NCBI GenBank assembly: GCA_004431415.1
Contig: QPMI01000514.1
Coordinates: 186,001 to 250,000, forward strand
Direction: 5' to 3'
DNA from: Cyanophora paradoxa CCMP329
Taxonomy: Eukaryota > Plantae > Glaucophyta
Length of the DNA: 64,000 bases
In this document: positions 48,801 through 59,829 of the stretch, in pieces
Position numbering within the stretch: the stretch's first letter is position 1
How the letters are laid out: every line of letters starts with the position of its first letter
Position numbers and translations under genes: made by a program
The notes under the pieces: model-generated
Database searches by the model: none
What the model was told of the DNA's origin: nothing
The model's input: only the letters and a program-made list of their open reading frames with translations

Positions 48801-49708
48801 ACCTCGATGTCCGGCCGGAAATCCTCTATGAAGCACTTCTCGAAGTCGACTGCGCGGGCGGCTCAGCGACGTGCTGCGGCGCGCGCGGCGATGCCGCGGC
48901 GGCGGGTGAGCGCTCACGGATGTTGACTTCGAACTGCGAGCGGGGCGCGGCGCGCGGCGGTCACCGAGGGCGGAGCGGGCGTACGCGAGCGGGCTGCGGC
49001 GGACGAACCTGATCCTGGAACCACTTGGTCCAGAACGTTCGCGCCTGCGGAAGGGTGCGCGCCTCAGGCGGGCGCGGCGCTGCGCGGCGGCGGCGTCTGC
49101 GGCCGGGAAACGCCGGACCTGCTCGTTGCGGATGCCCGGTGCATTTCCGAGCCGCTGCAGCAGCGCGTCCTTCTGCCGCATCGCCCTCGAGGCGATTGCC
49201 TCGCACATCTCCTCCTGCGCAACCGCGCCGCCCGTCAGCAATTAGCCGAAGGCGCCAGTTCCGCGGCGGCGCCAGCGCTGACCCAGGAGCTCGCGGCGAA
49301 GAACTTGACGATGCTGGACTTTTGCTGGTAGGCGCCGAGGTCCGTCCCGGCCTCCTGGAGGGTCGCGGTGAGGGCGTTCAGCTCGTGGAGCGGCGAGTTC
49401 CTGGGATCCGAGCGGCGCGAACGGGCTCAAATAGCGTCGCGAAAGCTGCGGACGAGCACGGCGGACCCAGGCGGCCGGTTCTTGAGCCCCGAGATGATAG
49501 GGCGCAATGACTCGAGCTTCTCGGTGAGCTGGGCGGTCGCCGGCCCTTTAGCTTGTACATCCTTCAGCTTGTTCAAGCACAGGCCGAGCGCCGCGAGCGC
49601 ATCGTCGACCTCTGACGCCCGGCGGCAGCGTCAGTGCGCCGACGGAATTCGAATCGCGTGGCGTCGCGCGGAGGAAGCCTGCGCACCGGAACCCACGGGA
49701 GCCATCAT
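45802..49708 (-). CDS. Protein with N-terminal MLKL/RPW8/PUB-UND-like four-helix bundle, Cbl-type EF-hand-like segment and armadillo repeats; multi-exon
   Basis: MMAPVGS|EVDDALAALGLCLNKLKDVQAKGPATAQLTEKLESLRPIISGLKNRPPG|NSPLHELNALTATLQEAGTDLGAYQQKSSIVKFFAASSW|EEMCEAIASR; IRNEQ|ARTFWTKWFQDQ|FEVNI|VDFEKCF; ARM repeats FIREQ|GAIPYVVTLL, NQKAIVAAGATGHLAHML, NHETLRSAGVVQ|LMVRLL. ARM call is strong; N-terminal domain calls are moderate. Confidence 0.75.
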
Positions 49709-49945
49709 AGGCGGCTCCAGAGCGGCGTGTTCTGTCATCGCGGGGCCCTCGTTACGGCCACATGAGATGCCCCAGTGTTTGAAAAGTTTCGGCAAGCTGC
49801 GGGACAGAGAGTTCAGCGGTCTTCGACGTTCGAAACTAGCGCAAAGGCGACGAATGCCGCGAACCTGCTTGCCGCGGTTCCAACCTGGCGCTAGGCTTTA
49901 GGGGTACAGGCTCCAACCCAGCTGCGCAGCTCTGCTTAGTGCAGA
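49709..49945. promoter_or_regulatory. 237-bp divergent intergenic region shared by the MLKL-like/ARM gene and the STAND gene
   Basis: ATG at 49708 (-) and ATG at 49946 (+). Confidence 0.5.
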
Positions 49946-52900
49946 ATGGGATGCTGTAGCTCCAGCGCCGCTGCGTCTGCGCGGGACGTGGTCCACGTAA
50001 ATGAAGTGGTCGTGGAGTTCCAGGCGCCGCCCCGTGCAGCCGCCCAAACGTTCAAACTCCCAGCGGCAGCCCCCGCAGCGCTACCTTACGCCGGCCATGC
50101 ACCAATGCCGCGTGTGGTCGGTGGTGCCGGGCCGCAGCTCTTGACTGCAGCTGCCGGGCGCCAGCTGGCGAAGCCGGCTACGCGTGCCGGGCGCCAGCAG
50201 TCGAACCGCGTCGTGTGCATCTTCTGCAGCTCGACGTTCCGTGCGCCGCGCGCCCGCCCCCGCCGGACTCCGCTGACCATGACATGTAAACCTCCGGATC
50301 CGATGACGACCCCGCGCCGGCCCATATACAGAGGACATGCAGGCGCGTCCTCCTTCTCCTCTGGACCTTCCTCTAAGCGCGTACAAGCGCACAAGCGCCT
50401 CTTTTTTTTAAGCGCACAGGCAGGAGGAGCGCGACGCGATTCGGGCGCTGGCGGCGCCGAAGCTGAAAGCGACCGCCTCGGAGCGCGGGCTCTTCCTGCA
50501 CGTCGTGGATCTGCGGTCCGCCCCGCCGGCCCGAGGCGCACGTCCTCTCTGCAGCTCGCCGCGGGCCGACGAACAGCCGCAGCTGGGGCATCACGGACGA
50601 CGCCGTAGAGAGCGGCGAGGCGAGCGCGCGCGCACCCGGCCCGGGCCTTCGCTTCCGCCCCCCACGCCCCGCTCTAAGTTTGAGCTGACGGCGCGCCGCG
50701 CGCGCGGACACGGCAGGTCGTGCGCCTCTGCCTAAGGGAGGTCCAGCGGAGCCGCTACTTCGTCGGCATCGTCAAGGTTCACGTTTGAACTCGATGGGCG
50801 ATAGTCGTAGGGCGACGGGGTTTGATCCGGGCCCGGGCCCGGGCGGGCAGGCGCGGTACGGCTGGCACGTCCCCCCCGGCGCCCCCGCCGACGACAAGGG
50901 CGCCTCCCTCTTCCGCTGGTGCGCCGCTCACGCAAACGCCCTCGGCCGGATTCGAGCCCGCGCGTTTAGGAACCTGGAGGTCGCCTCCTCCGAGTTCCCC
51001 TTCGTCCACGACTGGGCGGACCGCAGCGTCACCGAGATCGGTGCGACACCCCCCGCCCTCCGTTTGCGCCCCTCGCGCCCCTCGCCTGACCCGGCCCCGC
51101 CCGAAGAGATGAGGGCGGGATTCTTCCTCCGCGACCCCCGGGTGAGCGCTGCCCCCTGGCCGCGCACTGCCCCCCGGGCACTGCCTAATTTCTAACTTCT
51201 GGTCCAGGAGGCGAACGCCGATTCACTTTTCTACTTCGGAGCGTCGGGCGGCGCCGGCTCCGGGGGCGGGGAGGGCCCCTACGCCGCGGGGCGCCTGGAG
51301 GCCCTCAAGACCGAGGTTCGAATCTGCCTGGGGCCCCTTTCGGTGTTGCGGTGCGGTCTCGAACGTCAACGCCGGCGGCGCAGATCCGGGGCTCGGGGGC
51401 GCCTGTCGCGGAGTACCGTTCGCCTCAGGAGCTCGCCCTCGCCATGCGCGACGCGATCTCCGCGGTGCCGTGCCCCCCCCTCTCTCTTCCTCCCCTTTCG
51501 TCTCTGAGTTTCGTACCCTCCAGATGCTGGAGAAGGACTACCCGCGGCGCGGGGAGCGGACGTGGCTCGAGGCGGAGCGGGCGGCGCACGAGGCCTTCGC
51601 GGCCTCGCGCCGGCGGGTGCGCGGCGACAGACGCGACCCCGAGCGCGCGCGAGGGGTCTGCTTGCCGGTTCGATTCCTTTCGCGCAGGTTTTCATCGGCG
51701 ACCCGCGGGACACGGAGGCGCTCGGGGGGTACGCGGCGTCGGCGGGCACCGAGCTCTTCGTCCTGTGGGGCGAGGGCGGCAGCGGGTGCGGCGCCCATAT
51801 TCGATCCGCCGTGCGCGTTTCCGTCCTCTGCTTCTGACTCTCCTCTGCTTTCCGCCCGCAGCAAGAGCGGTACGCGGCAGGGGCCCTGTACCCGGGCATG
51901 CCTCCCCTGCCCGAGCCCGTTCTAAGCATCTCTTCCCCCCGCAGCGCTGCTTGCGAACTGGGCCGACGAGTGGGCGAGGGGTCACCCCGACGACCTGACG
52001 GCGCGTACCCCTCTCCCCACTCGCCGAGCGGCGTACCCCCCTTGCCGCTTAGCCCCGCGTCACCCGCAGGTTTTGCACTTCGTGGGGGGATCGCAGAGCA
52101 GCTCCCTCCTCCCCTCCCTCGCGCGGTGCGTGCCGTGCCGCTCGGCATCCGCGTACCCGCGCCTCGCGATGCGGGTGCATGCAGGAGGCTGGGGGAGGAG
52201 GTGCAGGGGCGCTGGCCCTCGGTGGCCCCGCCCGACTCCCAGGGCACCGACGCCCAGGTGAGTCGACCCGACCTCATCTCACCGACCCCCACCACATCTC
52301 GTCCCGTCTCCTCCTCCCAACCCACCCCGCGCGGCAGGTGGCCGCCCGCCTGGCTGCCTGGCTGGCGGCGGGGGCGGAGGGCTGGCCGGGGCGCGCTCTC
52401 CTCGCGATCGACGCCCTCGATCAGGTGGAGAATGCTTTTATTTTTGGGCTCGCATCGCCAGCGATCTTTTGTGTAGACCCCGCCGGCGGGCAGATGCAGG
52501 GGGGCGCTGCGGCGACGTCCCTCGCCTGGCTGCCCGCCGCCTGCGGCCCGCGGCTGCGCCTCGTCGTCTCGTGCACCCCCGGGCCGGCTCTGGAGGCCGC
52601 GCGGGGGCCCAGGCGGGGCGGAGTCGCCCAGCGCGAGGCCCGCCCTCCTCCTCTCTCCTCTTTCCCTCTCTCAGCCCTCTCAGCGCCCTCTCAGGTCGCG
52701 CCGCTCTCGCCCGCCCGCCGGAGGGACCTCCTCGCCCGCGTCCTCTCCGACCAGGCGCCCCCTCCCCGCCCCTCCCCTCCCCCCCGCGCCCTCACCGCCA
52801 CGTATCCCCCACCCCTCAGGGCCGGAGCCTCTCGGAGGAGCGGCTGGAGCGGGTCGCGTCGGCGCCGGCCTGCCGCAACCCGTGCCCGCCCGCCGGCCCG

Positions 52901-55900
52901 CCCCCGCTCCCCCCCTTTCCCCGCCCCCCCCCCCCCCCCCCTCCCGGCAGGCTCTACGTGGTGACGCTGCTGGAGGAGCTGAGCGAGGCGGCCGTGCACG
53001 CCACCCTCGACGCCACCCTCGACGCCTGCCTCGTCAGCCCGACCCCCATCCCCGCCCCGCCGGCATATGCCTGCACGTGCCAGGCAAGGAGGAGGCGAGG
53101 GCGAGGGGAGGAGGGCATTCGATTCGAGGCGGCGCCGATCCGACGGGGCGTCCAAGAGATGCACGCCCGGCAATGCTAGAGATGGGGCGGAAGAGCGCGC
53201 CGGCGCCACCGACGGCACGGGCTGATGCGGGCCGGGGCAGGGGCGGGGGGACGCGCGGGAGCTCTTCCGCCTCGTCCTCGCCCGCCTGGCGGCCCGCCAC
53301 GGGGCCGCCCCCGTCCGCGAGGCCGCCTCCGCCATCGCGTGCGCCGCAGCGCAGCCGTCGCGACTCCACGGCTCAGCTGACCGCGCGGGGCCGGCAGCGT
53401 GTCGCGCCACGGGATGGCGGAGGCGGAGCTGGCGTCCCTGCTCGGCGTGGCGGCCCCCGGGGGACCCTCAGAGGTGCCGCCCCGCCCCGGCGGGGCCCTG
53501 GGGCGGGCGCGGTGCCTCCGACGACGAAGCCCCCGCCGGGCCTCAGGTGGAGTGGCAGCTGCTCTGGTTCGACGCCCGGCCCCTCCTCGTCGACCGCGGT
53601 CCGCCCCGCCCCGCCCCGCCCCGCCCCGCCCCCGCTTCAGCGCGACGCCCCCGCCGGCTTTCGAGCAGCACACGCTCGCGATTTGCGTTGATGCGCCGGC
53701 GCCAGACTCGCTCTACGGCTTCTTCCACCGCTGCACCGCCGAGGCTCGCTGGCGCCGGCGCCACCGCCTCGGGCCCGGGCGGGCCGGGACTCTGACGCCC
53801 CGGCCCCTCTCGCGCAGGCGGCGCGGTTGGAGCTGGGGCTCGCGCGGGAGACCGGGGGGCCCGGGGGGGGACTGGAGGAGGACGAGGCGGCCCTGGCCGC
53901 CGCCCACGCCCGCCTCGGCCGCTTCTTCGCCCGTCCGCCCCCTCCCCGCCGCGCAGCAAAAAAGATCTAGGAGAGGCGATACATAATCGAATCGCCCTGA
54001 CTCTTCTGCAGGGCAGCCGGCCTCGCGGCGGCGTGCGCAGGAGGGCCCGCGGGCGCTCTCCCTCGCCGGCGCCGCCTGCACCCAGGTGCGTGCGCTGGGG
54101 CCGGTCTCGCCTCGAGCCCGGTGTTTGAGCCCGTGGGCCCGCGTTGTTGATCGAGGGCGGGCCGGGCAGGAGCTGGCGGAGCTGCTGTGCGAGGCCGACA
54201 GCCTCACGCACGTCGAGCAGAGCGAGCTCGCCGGGTGCGCCCCGGTCCCCGCCCTCCCCGACGCGCCCCGTGGAATCTATCGCTGCACCGCTACGGACGA
54301 GATGGACGCCCGCTCGGCGCTCGCGCGGATGCCCCTGACCCGGCAACGCGCCCCGCGCCCGCCCTCGGCCGCGGGCAGGTACTGGATCCGCAGCGGCCTG
54401 GCGGGGGAAGCCGCCGCACGCTACACCGCCCGCCTCGCCCCGTCCGCCCCCCCCCCCCCCCCCCCCCGCTTAGCTTAGAGCTCACGTCTAGCGTATTGCT
54501 TGAACATTCCCCGCCTCGCCCCAGCCCCTCCACCTCGCCCAGCCCCCTCGCTTTCCCCGCCCCCTCCTCCCTGATTCTGCGCCAGGAGGGCCCCGGGGCG
54601 GACGCGGGGCTCCTGCAGCGGGCGGGGAACCTCCTCGCGCGCATGGGCCGCCCCGCCGAGGCCCTCCCCTTCGTCGAGGCGCCTCCCGCCCCCCGCCGTC
54701 GCCTAAGCCCCTGCTGAGCGTGGGCGCACCGCGAACGCAGCGGGCGCGTGACCTGCGGGCGGCGGAGCTGGGGACCGAGAGCGACGTCACGGCGCGTCAC
54801 GTCGTCGACGTGCGTCCGCGCGCCGCCACGCCACCGCCCCGCCGCCGCCCCGCCGCCCCGCCGGGCCCGACGGGCTACACCGGGCAGGTGGCGAACGTGC
54901 TGCGGGACATGGGCCAGTTCGAGCGCGCTGCTTCCCTCTACGAGGCCCGCCCCGGCGCCGGCCCTCTTCGTCCGACCTTGTTCTCATCGGCGCCGCCGGG
55001 GCGCACGCAGGCGGCGGTGGAGGTGATGCACCGCACCAAGGGCTCCGCGAGCCTCCAGGCCGTGCGCCGCGCCCCCGCCCCGGACCCCGAGCTCGCGCAG
55101 CCGCCGCCTGCTCTCCCGGCGCCCCGGCCCCTAATCTCTCGGGGGCGGGCAGGCGGAGACGATCAACCAGCTGGCGGGCCTGCGGATGTCCCTCGGCAAC
55201 GCCTCCCTCGCCCGCCAATTCTTCGGCGTGCGCCCGCCACTGGGCCAGCCCTCCGCGCCCCGCACGCTCCGCTTGGCGCCGCGCCGCCCGACGCTGCCGG
55301 CAGCGCGCGGTCGCGATCAAGGAGCGGGCGCTGGGGGAGCACCCCTCCACGGCCTCCTCCATGCTCGGCCTCGCCCACGCCCTCCTCGTCCGCCCCGCCC
55401 CGCCCCGCACCCCCGGCACGGCCGACGCGGGCGGGCCCCGGGGCGCAGGCGATGGACGAGTACGCGGAGGCGCTCCTCTACTACCGCCGCTCGCTGGCCG
55501 TGCGCCCCGCCCCCCACCCCCGCCCCCGCCGCGCAGGCCTTCCTTCTCCCGCGGCCGACGCCGGGATCGGGGGCGTGGCAGATCAAGGAGCGGGCGCTTG
55601 GGGCGGAGCACCCGGAGACGGGCAACGGGCTGCTCGGCCTCGCGAGCGCCCTGCAGGCCGCGGGGGAGAACCCCGGGGGGGAGCCCCTCGCCCTCGCCCA
55701 GCGCGCACTGCGCATCTACGAGCGCGCCTACGGGTCCGTCCCCGCCCCCGCCCCCGCGCCAGTCGGAGCAGGCCGGTTGACCCGTGGCGTGATCGCGAGC
55801 GCTCATGGGGCGGGGGCAGGCCCGAACACCCGGAGACGGCAGGAGCGCTGCTCACCCTGGGGCGCATCGAGCAGGCGCGGGGCGAGTACGCGCGCGCCGC

Positions 55901-57654
55901 CGAGCTCTACGAGGTGCGAGCGGCCCGGGCCGACCCGGCCCCACGCCGCTAATCGCATGCCGCGGTGATGGTGGCGTCGGCAGCGGGCGGCGGGGGTGTC
56001 GGAGGCGGTGCAGGGGCGGCACCACGTCGACCTCGCGGAGGCCCTTCTCGGTGCGCGCGCGCGCTCCAGGGCCCCGAGGGCGTGCTCTTGCTAGCCCTTC
56101 TTCCCCTCGCTTCCCCGCTCGGAGCTTAACGGCCCGAGCTGTGGCGCTGCTGCCGGGGCGATCGCGAGGGGGCGGGGCGGGGCGCAGACCTGGCGACGGT
56201 GCGGGGGGAGCTGGCCCAGGTCGACTCCGCCCTCGAGCTCCAGCGCGTGCGCCCCCCAGCGCCCCCGACGTCGAGGCCGAGGCTAGCCGGCGGGCGCGCG
56301 CGCCGGCGCGCGTGCCCATCTAGCGCGGTGTCGACGATAGCGCCGCGCCTGAGCTAGGAGGCGACGGCCCGGCAGCGGGCGGCGGGGATCTTCATGGAGT
56401 CGAAGGGCCCGGAGAGCCTCGAGGCGGACATCGCCCGCGCCCGCGGCGCTCGCCTCCAGGTGCCCCGCCTCTCCCCCCGCGCCCCGCCCCACCCCGCATC
56501 CCTAGCGACCGGCCTTCAAGCGAGGTCCTGTTTCGCTGTGTCTCGCCCCGCGCCCTTCGCGACTGGGCTCCCTTCGGCTCCTCCTCCTCTTAAGGCTCGC
56601 CGGATGCCCCCGTGTTCCTCGGCCAGCAGCCCCGCGCCCCCTGCGAGCTCGGCCCGAGCCAGCGCCGCGGCCGGCAGCTCTGACGGGGGCGGGGCGGCCG
56701 CAGCACCTGCGCGGTGATGTGCCGGCCGCGGTCCAAGGCCTCGAGGTATCCCCAGCCGCCTCCCGCCCACCCCCCCCCCCACCCCCCCCCCCCCCCCCCC
56801 CCTCTCTCTCTATCCCTCGCCTTCGGTGTCATCCTTTCCTCGGTAGGAGGCGGTGGGGGCGCTGCGGAAGAAGTGCCGCGGGCCCCACGCGAACCTTGCA
56901 ACCGTCCTCTACTGGCTCGGCCGGTGCGGGGCCCCCGCTCGCCCCCGCTCGCCCCCCTGGGGGTCCCCGTCCAGCCAAACCCCGCGGCGCCTCTCGCCGC
57001 TTTCTGAGCCGGCTCCGTGCAGCTGCCACCTGGAGGTGGGGGACGTGGAGCAGGCCCGCGCCCCCCTGGAGGTGCGCCCATGCAGCGCCACTAACCCCGC
57101 CCCCCCCCTCCCCCCCCCGCCCTCCTCCTCCCATCCCCCCTATCTGCCTCGGATCGAGGGGGGCGCGACAGGAGGCGGCGCGGATCCGGGGGGAGCTGCT
57201 GGGCGGCTTGCACCCCTTCACCGCGCAGGTCCCCTGCCCCCCCGCCCCTCGCCCGCCCTTCCCCGCTTCTTCTCCGCCCGCATTCCCCCTCTTCTCGCCT
57301 CCCACTCTTCCCCGGCGCCGGCGCAGGCGGCGGGGGCGCTCGGGGAGCTGCTGGCGGCCGAGGGGCGCCCCGACGACGCCCTTGCTGCCCTCCAGGCCCG
57401 CCCCCCCGCATCCTTCTCGAAGTTCCTCGAGCGGGGCGCAGGGGGCCCTGGCCGCGCAGGAGGCGGCGCTGGGCCCCTCGCACCCGGAGGCGGCGGCGAC
57501 GCGGCACGCCCTCGGCCTCTGCCTCGCCGCCCTCGGGCGCCGCGGGGAGGCGGGCGCGCAGCTCTCCGCCGCCCTCGAGGCCCGCCGGGGGCGCCTCGGG
57601 GAGTGGCACCCCCTCACCCAGGTCTCCCTCGCCGCCCTCCACTCCCTCCGCTAG
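49946..57654 (+). CDS. DUF4062-NACHT-TPR STAND NTPase (NPHP3/TEP1/NWD-like) with N-terminal MGCC acylation motif; multi-exon
   Basis: VVCIFCSSTF; HVVDL|RWGITDD; VVRLCLREVQRSRYFVGIVK|ARYGW; FPFVHDWADRSVTEI|EMRAG; Walker A WGEGGSG|KS|ALLANW; Walker B LLAIDALDQ; LAWLPAACGPRLRLVVS; CRNP|LYVVTLLEEL; many TPRs (IKERALGAEHPETGNGLLGLA, ALGPSHPEAAATRHALG); TAG at 57652-57654. Confidence 0.88.
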
Positions 57655-58391
57655 GCCCCGGGCCCCGACCCAGCTGCCCCAGCTGCCCCGCGCGCCTGAC
57701 GAATGAAAGCGGCGCTTCTATCTCCTGCTTGAATTCAATTCTTGTAAACTGCGACTCTGAAACTAACATCGATGCGTTCTGCGAGAACGTACACCAAAAA
57801 CAATGGGGATCGTACGAGGGCCTACGTACGATTTCGATTTCGATTCGTGCGCTAGCAATAAGGAGATGAGCTCAAGTTCGAAAGTACAATAAGCGTAATT
57901 ATTATTATAATTCAAAAAGACTGAGAAAAAGGACAGCTAGATAGTCAGAGCAAGCTATCATAGTATAGTCACGAAAGATAAAACACTAGCAATGAGATTG
58001 CGGGCGCGCTTCTGAACAGAAGATCTGTTCGCAAATTGAAGTAGAAAGTTGAAAGGTTACAAGCAGATGTGCATATCACGCAAGATCTGCTCGAGCCAAA
58101 TACACCACACTATTGGGATCCAAGGCAAGGCCAAGCCGAGCTGACATACCAAGCTAGATGATAATTACAACACTATAAATGAGTTTGGAGGCGCTCTTCT
58201 GAACCGTTGAACAGAAGACCCACTAACGAAGTACGAAGTTTCAATAGGGATCCAAGGCAAACCAGAAGCAAGGCAATTCTACATATCTCAGGAATCCGGA
58301 GAGAGCAGCGCGCTGCTGAAACGGGCTGCGCGGCGAAAAGAGGGACGGAGGCGCGGTCGGGAGGGCGACGAGGCCGCCGGCCGCGGCGGGC

Positions 58392-59049
58392 CTAAAACGT
58401 CGACAAATCGACAACGTCGACGCCGAGAGGCCGGTCCTGGGCGGCGCTGATCTCCCGAGAACTCTTGAAAAGCTCGTCGCTCTCCTGGTACCGTCCCATC
58501 ACCAGCAAGAGGTCTTCGAAGCGGCGCGCGTCAGCAGGCCGGCGCGCCGCGGCGAGGGGCCGCGAACCTGCGAGCTCGCCCATCGCGGCGCCCGTCTCCG
58601 CGTGCGTCGGACCCAGCGCCTCGCTCCGCATCGAGATGCACTCCCGCAACGCTTTCTCCGCCTCGTCGTACTCTCCCCGCGCTCGCAGCGTGTCCGCGAG
58701 CAGAAACAACGTATTCGCCGCCTCGGGATGATTCGCAGCCCTTAGAATGTCAGCCGCTTCCTGCGGGACAGGTCACTGCCACGGCGCGAGCATCGCGCGT
58801 GCCGACGTCGACGTCAACGGCAGCGACGTCGGTGCGCGCGCGTACCTGGAACAGAGACCTCGCCTTCTCCAGGTCGCCGCCGGAAACGTGCGCGATGCCC
58901 AAGGTCCTGCAGGTCATCGCGACGCTCACGTCTGGACGCGAGCTCTTCGCCGTGCACGTGCCCGGCGTCGCCGTGGCCGCCGGCGCTTTCTCAGAGTTGT
59001 CGGAGCTGGCGGCTGCGGCTCCCGCCGACCGAACGCACGCTCCGCCCAT
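58392..59049 (-). CDS. Small TPR-only protein (kinesin-light-chain-type repeats); 5' end uncertain
   Basis: VAMTCRTLGIAHVSGGDLEKARSLFQ|EAADILRAANHPEAANTLFLLADTLRARGEYDEAEKALRECISMRSEALGPTHAETGAAMGELA|DLLLVMGRYQESDELF...LSTF*. Confidence 0.78.
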
Positions 59050-59829
59050 TTCCAACGTGGAAGCGTCGACCGCGGGCCGCTGCTAAAGCATATGCGCTTG
59101 GGAAGCGAGTGCTGGAGGCCGGACGAAGCGATGTCACGCAGCCAGCTTCGGTGGCCGAGCGTTTGCAGCCTGCAGCAGGCTGCGCAGCAGCGCCGGTCGC
59201 GATCGACGACGTCGACGAATTAACTCCCCGTGCGCATGCGCCGCGTGCGCGTGCCGCGCAGCGCTCGCGCGGGAGGCGGAGGCCGCGCAGCCTGCCGCAG
59301 TGCTGCAAGCCTGCAACGCTAACAAAGCGACTGTTCTGCGTTGCGCCTTCTACCCCCCTCGATTGAACCCCAACTGAGCATGTACGTACCCCAGCAAGCC
59401 AAATGCGCTTGTACCCGGGAGTAATTGGGGAATGAGCTCGATACCAGTATCTATCCGATTGACTTGGTGACTCACGCGATCGCGTGTATGGGCGTCGACC
59501 GTGCGCGGCGCGCATGCGCAAAGCTGAAGTCGACCGTAGGACGTCGCCGTAAACTTGTCGGGTGACCCGGGTCGCACAGCTGCGCAGGCGATCGATATCG
59601 ATATCGATATAGCTACGTACCGATATTGGGCTTACGTATACGCCGATCGCTTGTGCGCGCTGGATTTGAACGGAAGTCCTGTCGGAGCCTCGGAGGTGAG
59701 CACGTGGTACGCCACCAAGCTGCCATAGCTGATCAAGAGCTCGAGGTGCGCTCAGGTGGCCGTCGGCCAGCGGGGCGGCCACGGATGATCAAAGCCGGCC
59801 ACGACTAGCTCGGCCTTGGGTCTCTATCG

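Noticed and set aside
57660-58300. AT-rich region with duplicated gggatccaaggcaa as a possible ncRNA or mobile element
   Set aside because: It fits convergent 3' UTRs; no tRNA/snRNA fold, terminal repeats or coding signal seen.
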